Origin: a virus
Taxonomy: Duplodnaviria > Caudoviricetes
DNA: 64,000 nucleotides
Virus record (IMG/VR): IMGVR_UViG_3300035687_000005
Coordinates: 408-64,407 of that record
Reading direction: 5' to 3' (one strand)
Part shown: positions 46,598 through 55,312 of the stretch, piece by piece
Layout: every line of letters begins with the position of its first letter
Numbering within the stretch: the stretch's first letter is position 1
Notes under the pieces: generated by a model
The model's database searches: none
What the model was told of the DNA's origin: nothing
Seen by the model: the letters and a program-made list of their open reading frames with translations, nothing else
Made by a program: the position numbers and the translations under genes

Positions 46598-49044
46598 CAG
46601 CTGGTCCTCTCGGTGACCTGGACACGCCGGGCGGTCGCATCCGTCTTGTGCGCCAGATCGCGCACCAGGAACACCCGGCCGGGCAGGTCCGCGTCGTACG
46701 CGGCCGCGGTGATGGTCACCTCGTCGCCGACCTGCAGCCCCGTCACCGACATGGGCAACTGCACCTCGAGACGCAGCAGCAGCAGGTGCGCCTCACCGGC
46801 GTCACGGGGCTCCGCCTGGGCCTGCGCCTGCTGCACCCGACACTTCCCGGCGTACAAGCTCGCCCAGGTCGGCGTGATCGTGCCATTGGCCTCATCGGTG
46901 GTCTCACCGGTGCGGCGGCGGATCGTGCACGTGTCCGCCATGCCCGCCTCGGCGACGACCCGGGCGCGGGCCAGTACGGCGGCGCGGGGACCCGAGGTGA
47001 CGGCCCCTGCGGTGACGCCGGCCGTAGCGGACGCGGCGGCCACCGCCGGGGCGAGAACGCTCGCCGCCGCACCGGCGGCCGTGCTCGTGGCCGCGGCCAC
47101 GCTGGTCACGGCGGGCAGGGTGACGGCGGTACCGCCAGCCACCACCGTGTCGAACACGGTCGACATCGACACGCGGGTGGTGGCGTCCAACGACGTGATG
47201 CCCGAATAAGCGACCGTGATCAGGTCACCGTCGTCGGTGACGTCGAGCCACCCGTACGCCTGCACCGTGCTCGGGCTGTTCGTGTACGACCCGGCCGACC
47301 AGGTGTCGGTCACGGCGACGGACGCCTGCTGGAACGGGGCGCCACCGGCCTGCGGGATACCCCGGGTGCCGGTTCCTGTGCCGTCGTCGGCGGCGAGGAA
47401 GTGTCGGTCGCCGAAGATCGCGTAGACCTGGCCGGGAACGTGGGCGTCGATGTAGTCGGACAGCTCGGTGAACTCGTTGAGGTACGAACCCCACCGCCCC
47501 GACCCGGCACCATCGTCGCGCCACGGGTAGTTCCCGCAGATCACCTTGACCGGTTCGGCGTCGAGAAGTCGAGCCTTGAACCAGGCCTTCTGCTCCGTGC
47601 CCAGCATGGACTTGCTGGAGTTGTCAGGGTCGGCCTGCGCGTTGCGGTACGACCTGACGTCGAGCTCGATGAACCGCACCCGGCCGATCACCCAGGTGTG
47701 GTAGCCGCCACGGCCGTCCGTCGCAGGCAGCGGGTACGCCGGGAACACCTTGCGGTAGCCGGCGGCCACGACCGTGCCGGCAACGGCGTCCTTGTCGGAC
47801 GTGTCGCCGCCCCAGTCGTGGTTGTCCCACAGGTAGTTCAGTGGAATCTTGGCCAGCGCCCCGGCCATGCTGACCGAACCGAGGGAGACCATGTGCTGGG
47901 CGAAAACCTGTCCGGCTGTGGCGGCCCCACTCCAGTCGGAGTAGCTCATGTCACCCATGTGCACGATCTGCAGGGCCCTACCGCCGGCCGCCCCCGTCTT
48001 GGCGAGTATCGCCGCGAAGGTGGAGTCCGAGGGGACGGTGAACTGGCACGACCCGAAGGCCAGGCTGAACGACGCCGCCGCCCCCGCGGTCGGGAACGTT
48101 TTCACCTCGCCGCGGCCGGTCGCGAGCAACACCCCGTCGCACTCGACGCCGAGGTAGTACTGGGTGGCCGCGGACAGCGACCCGACCGTCAGCTTCACCA
48201 CCCCGTCTGCGTCCGGGGCCACCGACGACGAGTACACGGGCGATGTCAACGCGGCGCTGGTCGAAACGACCATCCGGGCCAGTGCGGTGCCCGCGACGAC
48301 GAACGCCGCGGTGAAACCGGCATCGGTCACCGCCCCCGACCAGGGCCCGTAGAGCAGAGTCGGGGCGACCGGGGTGGTCGGGTAGCCGGTCGTCGACCAG
48401 GCGAGGTCGTCGATGTCGACAGCGAACGAAGTCACCCCAGACCGGATCATTCCCGCCTGGAACTTATTCGACCCGCCGGCGCCGAGGGTGTTGACCGTCG
48501 CCGCGCTCGTCAACGTCTCCGACACGTTGCCGTTGGCATCGTAAATCTTGATCTCGGACTGGCCCACCGTCGCCGAGAACGTCAGGACCGCCACGCCGAC
48601 GTCCAGCCACGCCCCGGCCACGTACGTCGTGGTGGAGATGGCCAGCTGGGTGCCGGCGGAGTTCCGAAGCCGAATCTTCCCTGCGTTGTTGATGCTGAAG
48701 TCGCCGACGAACGCCCCAGTCGAGTCCGTGATCACGGCGAAGCGAACCCCGGTGGCGTCCGGCGGCAGGACCGGCAACCGGACCCGCATCCGCCCGTACA
48801 CGCTGCCCGTCGACGACGTACCCATCGCCGTCGTGATCTCGCCGTAAACCAGGCCCGCAGTGCCCCCGGACGCGAACCGGCCACACAGCGACCCCCGGTA
48901 GGGGGTCGTCGCGTAGAAGGTCGCGGACCCGGTCGCCGCGATGTTCACGAAGTTGAACGCGGTACCCGACGCGCCACCGGAGTTGCCGGTCGTGATGGTC
49001 GATCCGCCGGTGCCGCCCTCGAACGTGTTCAGCGTGCTAGTCAC
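46597..49044 (-). CDS. fusion: beta-sandwich domain + PhoD-like phosphatase + Ala linker + head-tail stopper (DUF6093-like)
   Basis: FGSC, HMGDMSY, WDNHD, LDVRSYR, MLGTEQKAW, GDRH; C-terminus MADTCTIRR...LYAGKCRVQ...KTDATARR. Confidence 0.85.
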   Translation of the reverse strand: MTSTLNTFEGGTGGSTITTGNSGGASGTAFNFVNIAATGSATFYATTPYRGSLCGRFASGGTAGLVYGEITTAMGTSSTGSVYGRMRVRLPVLPPDATGVRFAVITDSTGAFVGDFSINNAGKIRLRNSAGTQLAISTTTYVAGAWLDVGVAVLTFSATVGQSEIKIYDANGNVSETLTSAATVNTLGAGGSNKFQAGMIRSGVTSFAVDIDDLAWSTTGYPTTPVAPTLLYGPWSGAVTDAGFTAAFVVAGTALARMVVSTSAALTSPVYSSSVAPDADGVVKLTVGSLSAATQYYLGVECDGVLLATGRGEVKTFPTAGAAASFSLAFGSCQFTVPSDSTFAAILAKTGAAGGRALQIVHMGDMSYSDWSGAATAGQVFAQHMVSLGSVSMAGALAKIPLNYLWDNHDWGGDTSDKDAVAGTVVAAGYRKVFPAYPLPATDGRGGYHTWVIGRVRFIELDVRSYRNAQADPDNSSKSMLGTEQKAWFKARLLDAEPVKVICGNYPWRDDGAGSGRWGSYLNEFTELSDYIDAHVPGQVYAIFGDRHFLAADDGTGTGTRGIPQAGGAPFQQASVAVTDTWSAGSYTNSPSTVQAYGWLDVTDDGDLITVAYSGITSLDATTRVSMSTVFDTVVAGGTAVTLPAVTSVAAATSTAAGAAASVLAPAVAAASATAGVTAGAVTSGPRAAVLARARVVAEAGMADTCTIRRRTGETTDEANGTITPTWASLYAGKCRVQQAQAQAEPRDAGEAHLLLLRLEVQLPMSVTGLQVGDEVTITAAAYDADLPGRVFLVRDLAHKTDATARRVQVTERTS

Positions 49045-49066
49045 GGGCGGGCTCCATCGTCCGGGT

Positions 49067-49495
49067 TCAGCTGGCCGGCATGGTGACAGTCGCCGACGTG
49101 ATGTCGACGGTGAGACCGATCGAGACGGTCGTCGTCGCCAACGTCAGGTCACCGCCGCCGCCGGTCGCCGTGACACTGCCGTCATAGACGCCCAGCCCGG
49201 TCGCCGCAGCCTCAGTGCTGTCGAGGACCCGGAACCATCCCGCGGTGCCGGCGGCGACACCGGTGGCGGTAACCGCGGGGGTTACATCCAGCGTCGCTAC
49301 ACCAGCCGCAACGGAGAACGCCGGGTCGGACAGGGTTAACTCGGCCAGCAAGGTGCCGGACGGGGCCGTGCCCGGCCCGGCCGGCTGCGCGCCGCTGTAA
49401 ATGCGGATCTTGCCCGCTGACGAGCCGCCGTCGACCAGGTTGGCGATCGCCTGGGCCGCAGCCGTACGCGCCGCGGTAGAGATACGGGTGGCCAT
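49067..49495 (-). CDS. small virion fibre/structural protein
   Basis: GKIRIYSGAQP, GTLLA, GTAGWFR motif common in phage structural cassettes. Confidence 0.7.
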   Translation of the reverse strand: MATRISTAARTAAAQAIANLVDGGSSAGKIRIYSGAQPAGPGTAPSGTLLAELTLSDPAFSVAAGVATLDVTPAVTATGVAAGTAGWFRVLDSTEAAATGLGVYDGSVTATGGGGDLTLATTTVSIGLTVDITSATVTMPAS

Positions 49496-49632
49496 CAGAG
49501 GGCTCCTTCAACGACACGGGGCCGGCTCGTGCGGGCGCCGGACTGGTCACCAGCACGCCAGGTCATCGAACGGTCATGCCCGCGTAGGGACGCATGGTCG
49601 TCGCAGCTGATCAGCGCTCGCACCGTTGCCCC

Positions 49633-52416
49633 CTAGGGTCTGCTCGTGACGCCGGTGTCGGGACGGACGGTGATGCCGCCGCCTGGACGTGGGGTCGTCG
49701 CGCCGGCGCCGGGACGGACGGTCACACCGGACGCCGGGCGGACGGTCACACCCGAGGCGGGGCGGACCGTGATGCGCCCAGGTGTCGCCGTCGTCGCGTC
49801 GTACGCGGCACCGGTCGCCTCCGCCGCCTGCGCGGCGACGGTGGAGCTGATGGTCGCGAGCCACGCTGCCGCGACGGCCTCGGCCTGGTCGGCGAGCGCC
49901 TCCACGGACGGGGTTACCTGGCCGACCGCACCCGTGCCCGCCGCGGCCGTCGCCCCGACGGTGATGGCCACGGTGGCGTCGGACGCCGACCCGGTCGCCG
50001 CCGCAAAACCTGCAGGGGCGGCCGTTGAGGCGCTGGTGCTGACCGTCGCATCGGCCGCCGAACCGGCAGCGGTCGCGACACCGGACTGCGAGGTGACCGC
50101 GGCACTCGCGTCAGCCGCAGCGCCGGTGCCCAGGGCGGCATCAGCCGGCGCGTTGGTCGTGCCGGAGATCGCGACCGTCGCGTCAGCCGCGGACCCGGTC
50201 GCGGCCGGAGCCTGCGCCTGAGTAGCCAGACCTGAGACCGCGTCGGAAGCCGTACCCGCCGCGGCAGGGGCGTCGGCGGAAGCTGCGACCGCGACAGCCG
50301 CATCCGCTGCGGTGCCGACCGCGTCGGCCTGCGCAGCCGCGACACCGACAGCCGCCGAGCCGTCAGCCGCAGCGGCCGCACCCGTGGCCGACGCGGCGTC
50401 GACCGTGGCCGACACCGCGGCGTCGGCTGCGACACCGGCCCCGGATGCCGTCGCGGCATTGGAGGCGGCAGCCGCAGTCGCGGCGTACGCCGTACCGACG
50501 CCGAGCGTCGCCTCGGCGTTGATTGCTACACCGGTGGTGGCGTCCGCCGACGAACCGACACCCGAGGGCGCCTCGGCGTTGACCGCGACGGCGGCGACGG
50601 CATCAGCTGCCGAGCCGGTACCGGTGGTTGCTTCGGCCGGGGCGTTCGTCGACGACGCCGTCGAAACGGTGGCGTCGTAGGCCGCGCCGGCGGCCAGAGC
50701 GGACTCGGCGTTAGGCGCCACCGACGATGTGGCATCGGCCGCCGCACCGGTGCCGGTCGGGCTTTCCGCAGCTGCGGTAACGGCCACTGTGGCGTCTGCT
50801 GCGCTGCCGACACCCTGCGTCGCCTCAGCGCCGGCACCCACGGCCGGTGTCGCGTCTGCTGCCGCTCCGGCGCCGCCTGGCGCCTCGGCGTTGGCGGCCA
50901 GGGACACGGCAGCGTCAGCCGCAGAACCGGCGGCCAGGGTGCTCTCAGCGGGCGCGTTGGTGGTGCCGCCGCCGGGAATCGTCGGCAGGATCTCCGCGAG
51001 ACTGATCCGGTTGTTGCCACCCGGCGGGTTGTCCAGACCGATGACGATGCCGACCAGCGACTTCGACACCCCGGACGCCGCGAACAGGGCGGCGGTGTCC
51101 CCGGCGGTGCCGTTGACGTACCCGAACAGGGTCGTGTTCGCGTTCGCGGTGACGGCCTGCGCGTCGAACGCCCGGCCGAGCGCACCGGCGATGAGACTGC
51201 CCGGGGTGGTCGGGGCGATCGCACCGGCGTAGGCGATGTCGCCGCCGCCGGCCAGGGTCGCGCCGGGTTGCGACGCCACCGGGGCCGCGTTGCTGTACCA
51301 CTTGCAGATCAGGGCCAGGCCGGACGCCGCCGCGCCGCCCGGGTCGTACGTGACGGTCATCGCGGCACCCGTGGTGATGTCCCGGGCCCAGATTTCGGCG
51401 ACACCACCGGTGCCCGACGCGTCGCCGGGGCCGAGCCGGGACCAGGTCCCGCCGAGGGAGTCGGTGACCGCGCCCAGGGAACTGGCCGAGCCGACCCCGT
51501 TACCCATCGCGCAGTACGCGACCAGCAGGGTCCCGTTCGCCGGGGTGAACGACGCCGACGTGATCGTGGCGGTGTTCGCGCTTGCGAACGCGGTGGTGCC
51601 GACCTCGGTCACGACCGTGTCCGGGGTCAGGTTCTCGACGACGCGCGGATCTTCGACGAACCGCTGCGACGGATTCGGGCCGTCACCGGGCCAATACGAC
51701 CACGGCGTCGATCCGACCTCGGGCGTCGAACTGACCGGGGTGACCTCGATGGCGATCCAGCGCGCGTTCTGCGTCGACGGGGTCGTCAGGTTCATCGTGA
51801 TCGGCGAACCCACCACGCCGTCGTTCGCGGTCCGCAGGATCACGGCATGCGACAACAGGCCGGCCTCGTTGGCCGCATCACCACCGGTGGTCGTACAGCC
51901 GGCCCCGGCGGACGGGGCGCCCGTACCCGCGTCCCAGTCGGCCCAGCCCATGACACCGCGGCTGCCGGTGACGGTCGCGGTGATGTTCTGCGCAACGGAC
52001 GTGATGGGCGTCAGGGTCGCGTTCTCGATGGGCGTTCCGACACCTGGGGCGACGCCCGAGCTGTCGGTCCACACCTGGACCTTCAGTGCCCGGCCGGAAC
52101 CGGCCGGGTTGTCGTCCGACGTGGTGACCGTCATCGCTGCCGACGTCGCCACCACGGCCGTGAACAGCGACATCGACCCGTTGGCCGCGTTGATGTCAGG
52201 GTTCCGGTTGTGCGCCTGCAGCGTGTAGGTGAGATGAACGCCGAGGTTGTCCGTGATCGTCGGGTCCGCCGGGGTCGCGGCCGCGTTGCCGTTGTTCCGC
52301 AGCCAGATCAGCAGCAGCGACCCGGCGGGCGGAGTGAACGACGCCGTCGTCGCGGTGACGGTGGCGGTTGTCCAAACAGTCGCCGGCGAGGACGCGTCGA
52401 GGGAGAGCGCGCCCAT
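49633..52416 (-). CDS. long Ala-rich fibre-like structural protein
   Basis: Two beta-rich N-terminal domains (both with TASFTP/SASFTP..G.LL), ~20-aa Ala repeats, C-terminal TVRPxxG repeats. Confidence 0.75.
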   Translation of the reverse strand: MGALSLDASSPATVWTTATVTATTASFTPPAGSLLLIWLRNNGNAAATPADPTITDNLGVHLTYTLQAHNRNPDINAANGSMSLFTAVVATSAAMTVTTSDDNPAGSGRALKVQVWTDSSGVAPGVGTPIENATLTPITSVAQNITATVTGSRGVMGWADWDAGTGAPSAGAGCTTTGGDAANEAGLLSHAVILRTANDGVVGSPITMNLTTPSTQNARWIAIEVTPVSSTPEVGSTPWSYWPGDGPNPSQRFVEDPRVVENLTPDTVVTEVGTTAFASANTATITSASFTPANGTLLVAYCAMGNGVGSASSLGAVTDSLGGTWSRLGPGDASGTGGVAEIWARDITTGAAMTVTYDPGGAAASGLALICKWYSNAAPVASQPGATLAGGGDIAYAGAIAPTTPGSLIAGALGRAFDAQAVTANANTTLFGYVNGTAGDTAALFAASGVSKSLVGIVIGLDNPPGGNNRISLAEILPTIPGGGTTNAPAESTLAAGSAADAAVSLAANAEAPGGAGAAADATPAVGAGAEATQGVGSAADATVAVTAAAESPTGTGAAADATSSVAPNAESALAAGAAYDATVSTASSTNAPAEATTGTGSAADAVAAVAVNAEAPSGVGSSADATTGVAINAEATLGVGTAYAATAAAASNAATASGAGVAADAAVSATVDAASATGAAAAADGSAAVGVAAAQADAVGTAADAAVAVAASADAPAAAGTASDAVSGLATQAQAPAATGSAADATVAISGTTNAPADAALGTGAAADASAAVTSQSGVATAAGSAADATVSTSASTAAPAGFAAATGSASDATVAITVGATAAAGTGAVGQVTPSVEALADQAEAVAAAWLATISSTVAAQAAEATGAAYDATTATPGRITVRPASGVTVRPASGVTVRPGAGATTPRPGGGITVRPDTGVTSRP

Positions 52417-52428
52417 CGGCGGGCCTCC

Positions 52429-52749
52429 CTATCGTCCGGCGGTGATCTGGAGTCCGAGGACGTCCTCGATCGTGGCCAGGCCCCGGCTGGCGAGCTGGTT
52501 GAGCCGCTGTTGGGTGAGGACCGTCGTACCGTCCGGGACGTCGACCGCGCGGGGCGTCGTATCCGGGCTGCCGTCCGCCCCGAGGCCGATCAGGATCTTG
52601 GTGTACTGGCAGCCCGGGTCTTTGAACGTCGTGATCCCGGTGATCGCCCGGGTCGCGCTGTCGAACGTCACCGTGATCCTGATGACCTTGCCGACGTAGT
52701 CGTCGAAGGACTGCACCCAGGGCGACGTGACCGGCTGACCGACGCCCAC
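52429..52749 (-). CDS. hypothetical structural protein
   Basis: Coupled within the cassette. Confidence 0.55.
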   Translation of the reverse strand: MGVGQPVTSPWVQSFDDYVGKVIRITVTFDSATRAITGITTFKDPGCQYTKILIGLGADGSPDTTPRAVDVPDGTTVLTQQRLNQLASRGLATIEDVLGLQITAGR

Positions 52750-52750
52750 G

Positions 52751-53326
52751 TCAGTTCAGGCTCTCGAGCTTGAAGCTGTGCGTTTGTATGCTATTGGCCG
52801 CATTGGACACCGACCACTGCGCCGTGAGGTCGATCAGGTTCGTGACGGTCGAGTCGAAACCGGTGCCGACCGCCGGGGCCGACGCCGGGAAGATGTGCGC
52901 CGCCGCACCACCCGCGCCGGCAGCCGGGGAGCCGATGACGGACTCGGACTGCCACGCCCCGGAGTGCATGACCGTCGCCGTGGTGCTACCGCCGACGGTG
53001 CGGACGACCAGGTCCCAGTCCAGGATCCACGTCACGTTGGTCTTGGCCGCGACGTTGAGGGCCAGCGCGCCGGACGACGCGACCGCGATCGTCGCCGTCG
53101 GCCCCATCTTGACCCGGAACGTGAGCGTGCCCGGCGTGGTCACGATGTTGGAGACCCGCCCCATCGCCCGGATACGCAGGGTCTGCCCGGCGTACGTCAG
53201 GAAGTTCGCGGGCAGGGTCAGCTTGGCCTGCGGCGCCAGGATCGTCGTCTCGGTGGTCGACGTGTTAAGGGCGGTGCCGTCGACCTGCTGACTGATCAGG
53301 AGGCTCTGCCAACTCTGGAACGGCAT
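52751..53326 (-). CDS. beta-rich structural protein
   Basis: Start MPFQSWQ; Thr/Ala/Val-rich. Confidence 0.65.
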   Translation of the reverse strand: MPFQSWQSLLISQQVDGTALNTSTTETTILAPQAKLTLPANFLTYAGQTLRIRAMGRVSNIVTTPGTLTFRVKMGPTATIAVASSGALALNVAAKTNVTWILDWDLVVRTVGGSTTATVMHSGAWQSESVIGSPAAGAGGAAAHIFPASAPAVGTGFDSTVTNLIDLTAQWSVSNAANSIQTHSFKLESLN

Positions 53327-53342
53327 ACGGCCGCCTTCCCGC

Positions 53343-54116
53343 TCAGGAGGCGTGCGCCTCCAGGTAGGTAATCGCCGCTCGCAGGCGAGACGGCTCGTCC
53401 TTGAAGTTGCCGAGGCCGAGGTTGCAGTGGTGGCAGAGCAGGCCGCGCACCCTGCCCGTGGCGTGGTCGTGGTCGACGTGCCATGCGCCCTTGCCGCCGG
53501 GCTCGGCGGCGGGGCAGATCCCGCAGCTGCCGCCCTGCTCGGCCAGCATCTCGGCGAACCGATCGGGGGTGACCCCGTACAGGTACATCCGGTTGTACGC
53601 AATGGTGGTCTTGCGGCGGGTCGGATTACTGATCCGCTGAGCGAGCGTCTTGCATTCCGGGGAGCAGTACAGGGCGTTAATCGGCCTGTTGGGTGAAATC
53701 TGCTCGTCACACTCGGCGCACGGACGATCTACAGCCTTCTTCGCGCGGAGGGTACGTAGCCGGACCTGCTCGTTACTCCAGGCGTCGCCACACTTGCGGG
53801 AGCAGAACCGCTGCGTAATGGTTTTCTGCTCGATTGCCTGCTCACACCAGGCGCAGTTGGTGCGACGAGTCGCCCTGCGGTGCACAACGGCCTCATGCTT
53901 CCGGGCATCCATCTCATCGTCCTTGCAGGACTTAGAGCAGAACTTCGCCCCGAACCGACGCTCCAAGGGAATTACGCCCCCGCAACGCTGACACGGACCG
54001 TGGACCTTGGGGGCCACCTCGTCGAGGCGTCCTTGGGTCTTGATCCGCTGATAGTCGTTGCTACACAGCCCCCGCGCAACTGGCTTGCTTTCGCAGCCGT
54101 CCATGATGCATGTCAT
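53343..54116 (-). CDS. endonuclease VII-like HNH (homing-type) endonuclease
   Basis: YGVT...QGGSCGIC...HVDHDHATGRVRGLLCHHCNLGLG; repeated FCSxxC; lower GC. Confidence 0.85.
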   Translation of the reverse strand: MTCIMDGCESKPVARGLCSNDYQRIKTQGRLDEVAPKVHGPCQRCGGVIPLERRFGAKFCSKSCKDDEMDARKHEAVVHRRATRRTNCAWCEQAIEQKTITQRFCSRKCGDAWSNEQVRLRTLRAKKAVDRPCAECDEQISPNRPINALYCSPECKTLAQRISNPTRRKTTIAYNRMYLYGVTPDRFAEMLAEQGGSCGICPAAEPGGKGAWHVDHDHATGRVRGLLCHHCNLGLGNFKDEPSRLRAAITYLEAHAS

Positions 54117-54158
54117 TTACTGACTCTACACCACTGAAGTTTGTGCTTTTTGGGCAGC

Positions 54159-54647
54159 TCAGACAGTGAATCTGGCGATGCCATTAGCGTTGAAGATCAC
54201 CGTGAAAGTGCCCGCCGTCACCGATTGGGATCCGCCGTAGTACAGGTAGCAAACACCCTGGTCAGCGACGGTCCCTGCCGTGATCGTGTCGTCGTACACG
54301 AGGCCTCCGAAAACGGCCGCCAACGTGACGTTGCCGGTGCCGGCGCGGTCAGCGGCGTCGAACATGGATACGCCGGTGCTCGGGGTCGTGAACGTCTTCG
54401 ACGCCAACGCCAAGCCACCCGCCGGCCAGTTCGTGGCGTCGACGACTTCATTGCCGGTCACCCATGCCGACGCCGCCGCCGCATACCCGGTCAGGCCGAC
54501 CGCAGCGTCTTTGTCGGGCGTGCCCGTGTTTCCGAAGTTCGCCAACTTGACAGTGTCGGAGTCCAGGCCGGTGTAACCAGTTCCCGACGCCTGGAACATC
54601 GGACCGGTAACCCACTCGCGGAAGATCGCGCTTGCGGTGAACGCCAC
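54159..54647 (-). CDS. small virion structural protein
   Basis: LDSDTVKLA, NEV, AGGLAL, GTFTV..NANGI. Confidence 0.7.
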   Translation of the reverse strand: MAFTASAIFREWVTGPMFQASGTGYTGLDSDTVKLANFGNTGTPDKDAAVGLTGYAAAASAWVTGNEVVDATNWPAGGLALASKTFTTPSTGVSMFDAADRAGTGNVTLAAVFGGLVYDDTITAGTVADQGVCYLYYGGSQSVTAGTFTVIFNANGIARFTV

Positions 54648-54649
54648 GG

Positions 54650-54880
54650 CTACTGCCCTCCCGCACTCTTGCGCGCTTCGTCAGCCTCGGCGCGGGCGCG
54701 CTTGGCGTTGGTCTTGGCGTCGGCGAGGCTGGTCTTGATCCCGGCCAGCTTCTCCTCGATCACGGTGACTGCCCGCTCGCAGTCGGCGGCGTAGGCCTCG
54801 AGGTGCGCGACCTGATCGGTCGCCGCGTACGTCTCGACCAGGGCGTCGTTGGCGGCCCCGCCGCCGTTGCTGGTACTCAC
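54650..54880 (-). CDS. small coiled-coil protein
   Basis: RBS GAGGAG. Confidence 0.55.
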   Translation of the reverse strand: MSTSNGGGAANDALVETYAATDQVAHLEAYAADCERAVTVIEEKLAGIKTSLADAKTNAKRARAEADEARKSAGGQ

Positions 54881-54889
54881 GTGTTCTCC

Positions 54890-55312
54890 TCAGCCCAGGC
54901 GGGCGTGTGCGGTGGGGGCGTACACGGCCACGTCGTTACCGTCGTCGCGAGTGGTCACCACGGCCATGATCGGGCGGCCGTTCCCGTCGTACTGCACGTC
55001 CTCGGCGCCGACGTAGTCCTCACGCTCGACGGCCTCGACCTTGCAGCTGCTACCGGCCGGGACCATCGGCGCCGTCAGCCCCGCCAGCCCCGCGCACGCG
55101 TGGAAACGGCTGTGCGGCTGCGCTTCCCGGGTCACGTCGGTGAACGTGCAGTTCGGGCACGACCACGGGCGCTCCGGGACGGCCAGCAGCGGAACCCGCA
55201 CAGAGACCTCCATGGCCGGAGTCGTCATGGGCGATGGGTGGAGGCGATCAGTGGTAATCGCCGCTGTTCCGGAGACCGGTGCGATAGCCATCGACCGACC
55301 GCCCTCAGCCAT
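54890..55312 (-). CDS. hypothetical protein
   Basis: WSCPNC..RFHAC...EREDY; start uncertain. Confidence 0.55.
   Translation of the reverse strand: MAEGGRSMAIAPVSGTAAITTDRLHPSPMTTPAMEVSVRVPLLAVPERPWSCPNCTFTDVTREAQPHSRFHACAGLAGLTAPMVPAGSSCKVEAVEREDYVGAEDVQYDGNGRPIMAVVTTRDDGNDVAVYAPTAHARLG

Noticed and set aside
46648-49086. 812-aa + strand ORF (likewise 55041-57290, 19573-21252, 61981-63390 and others)
   Set aside because: Antisense shadows of real genes; long stop-free frames are expected at this GC content, and they show no recognisable motifs.
49599-49615. Short similarity to the adaptor gene start (57123-57140), a possible rearrangement scar
   Set aside because: Only ~17 nt with an indel, and partly a palindrome; not distinguishable from chance.
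49640-49780. CRISPR-like 24-bp periodic repeats
   Set aside because: No spacers; these are coding repeats (TVRPxxG). No cas genes are present, and the Cas4-like nuclease at 9908 is a normal phage exonuclease.
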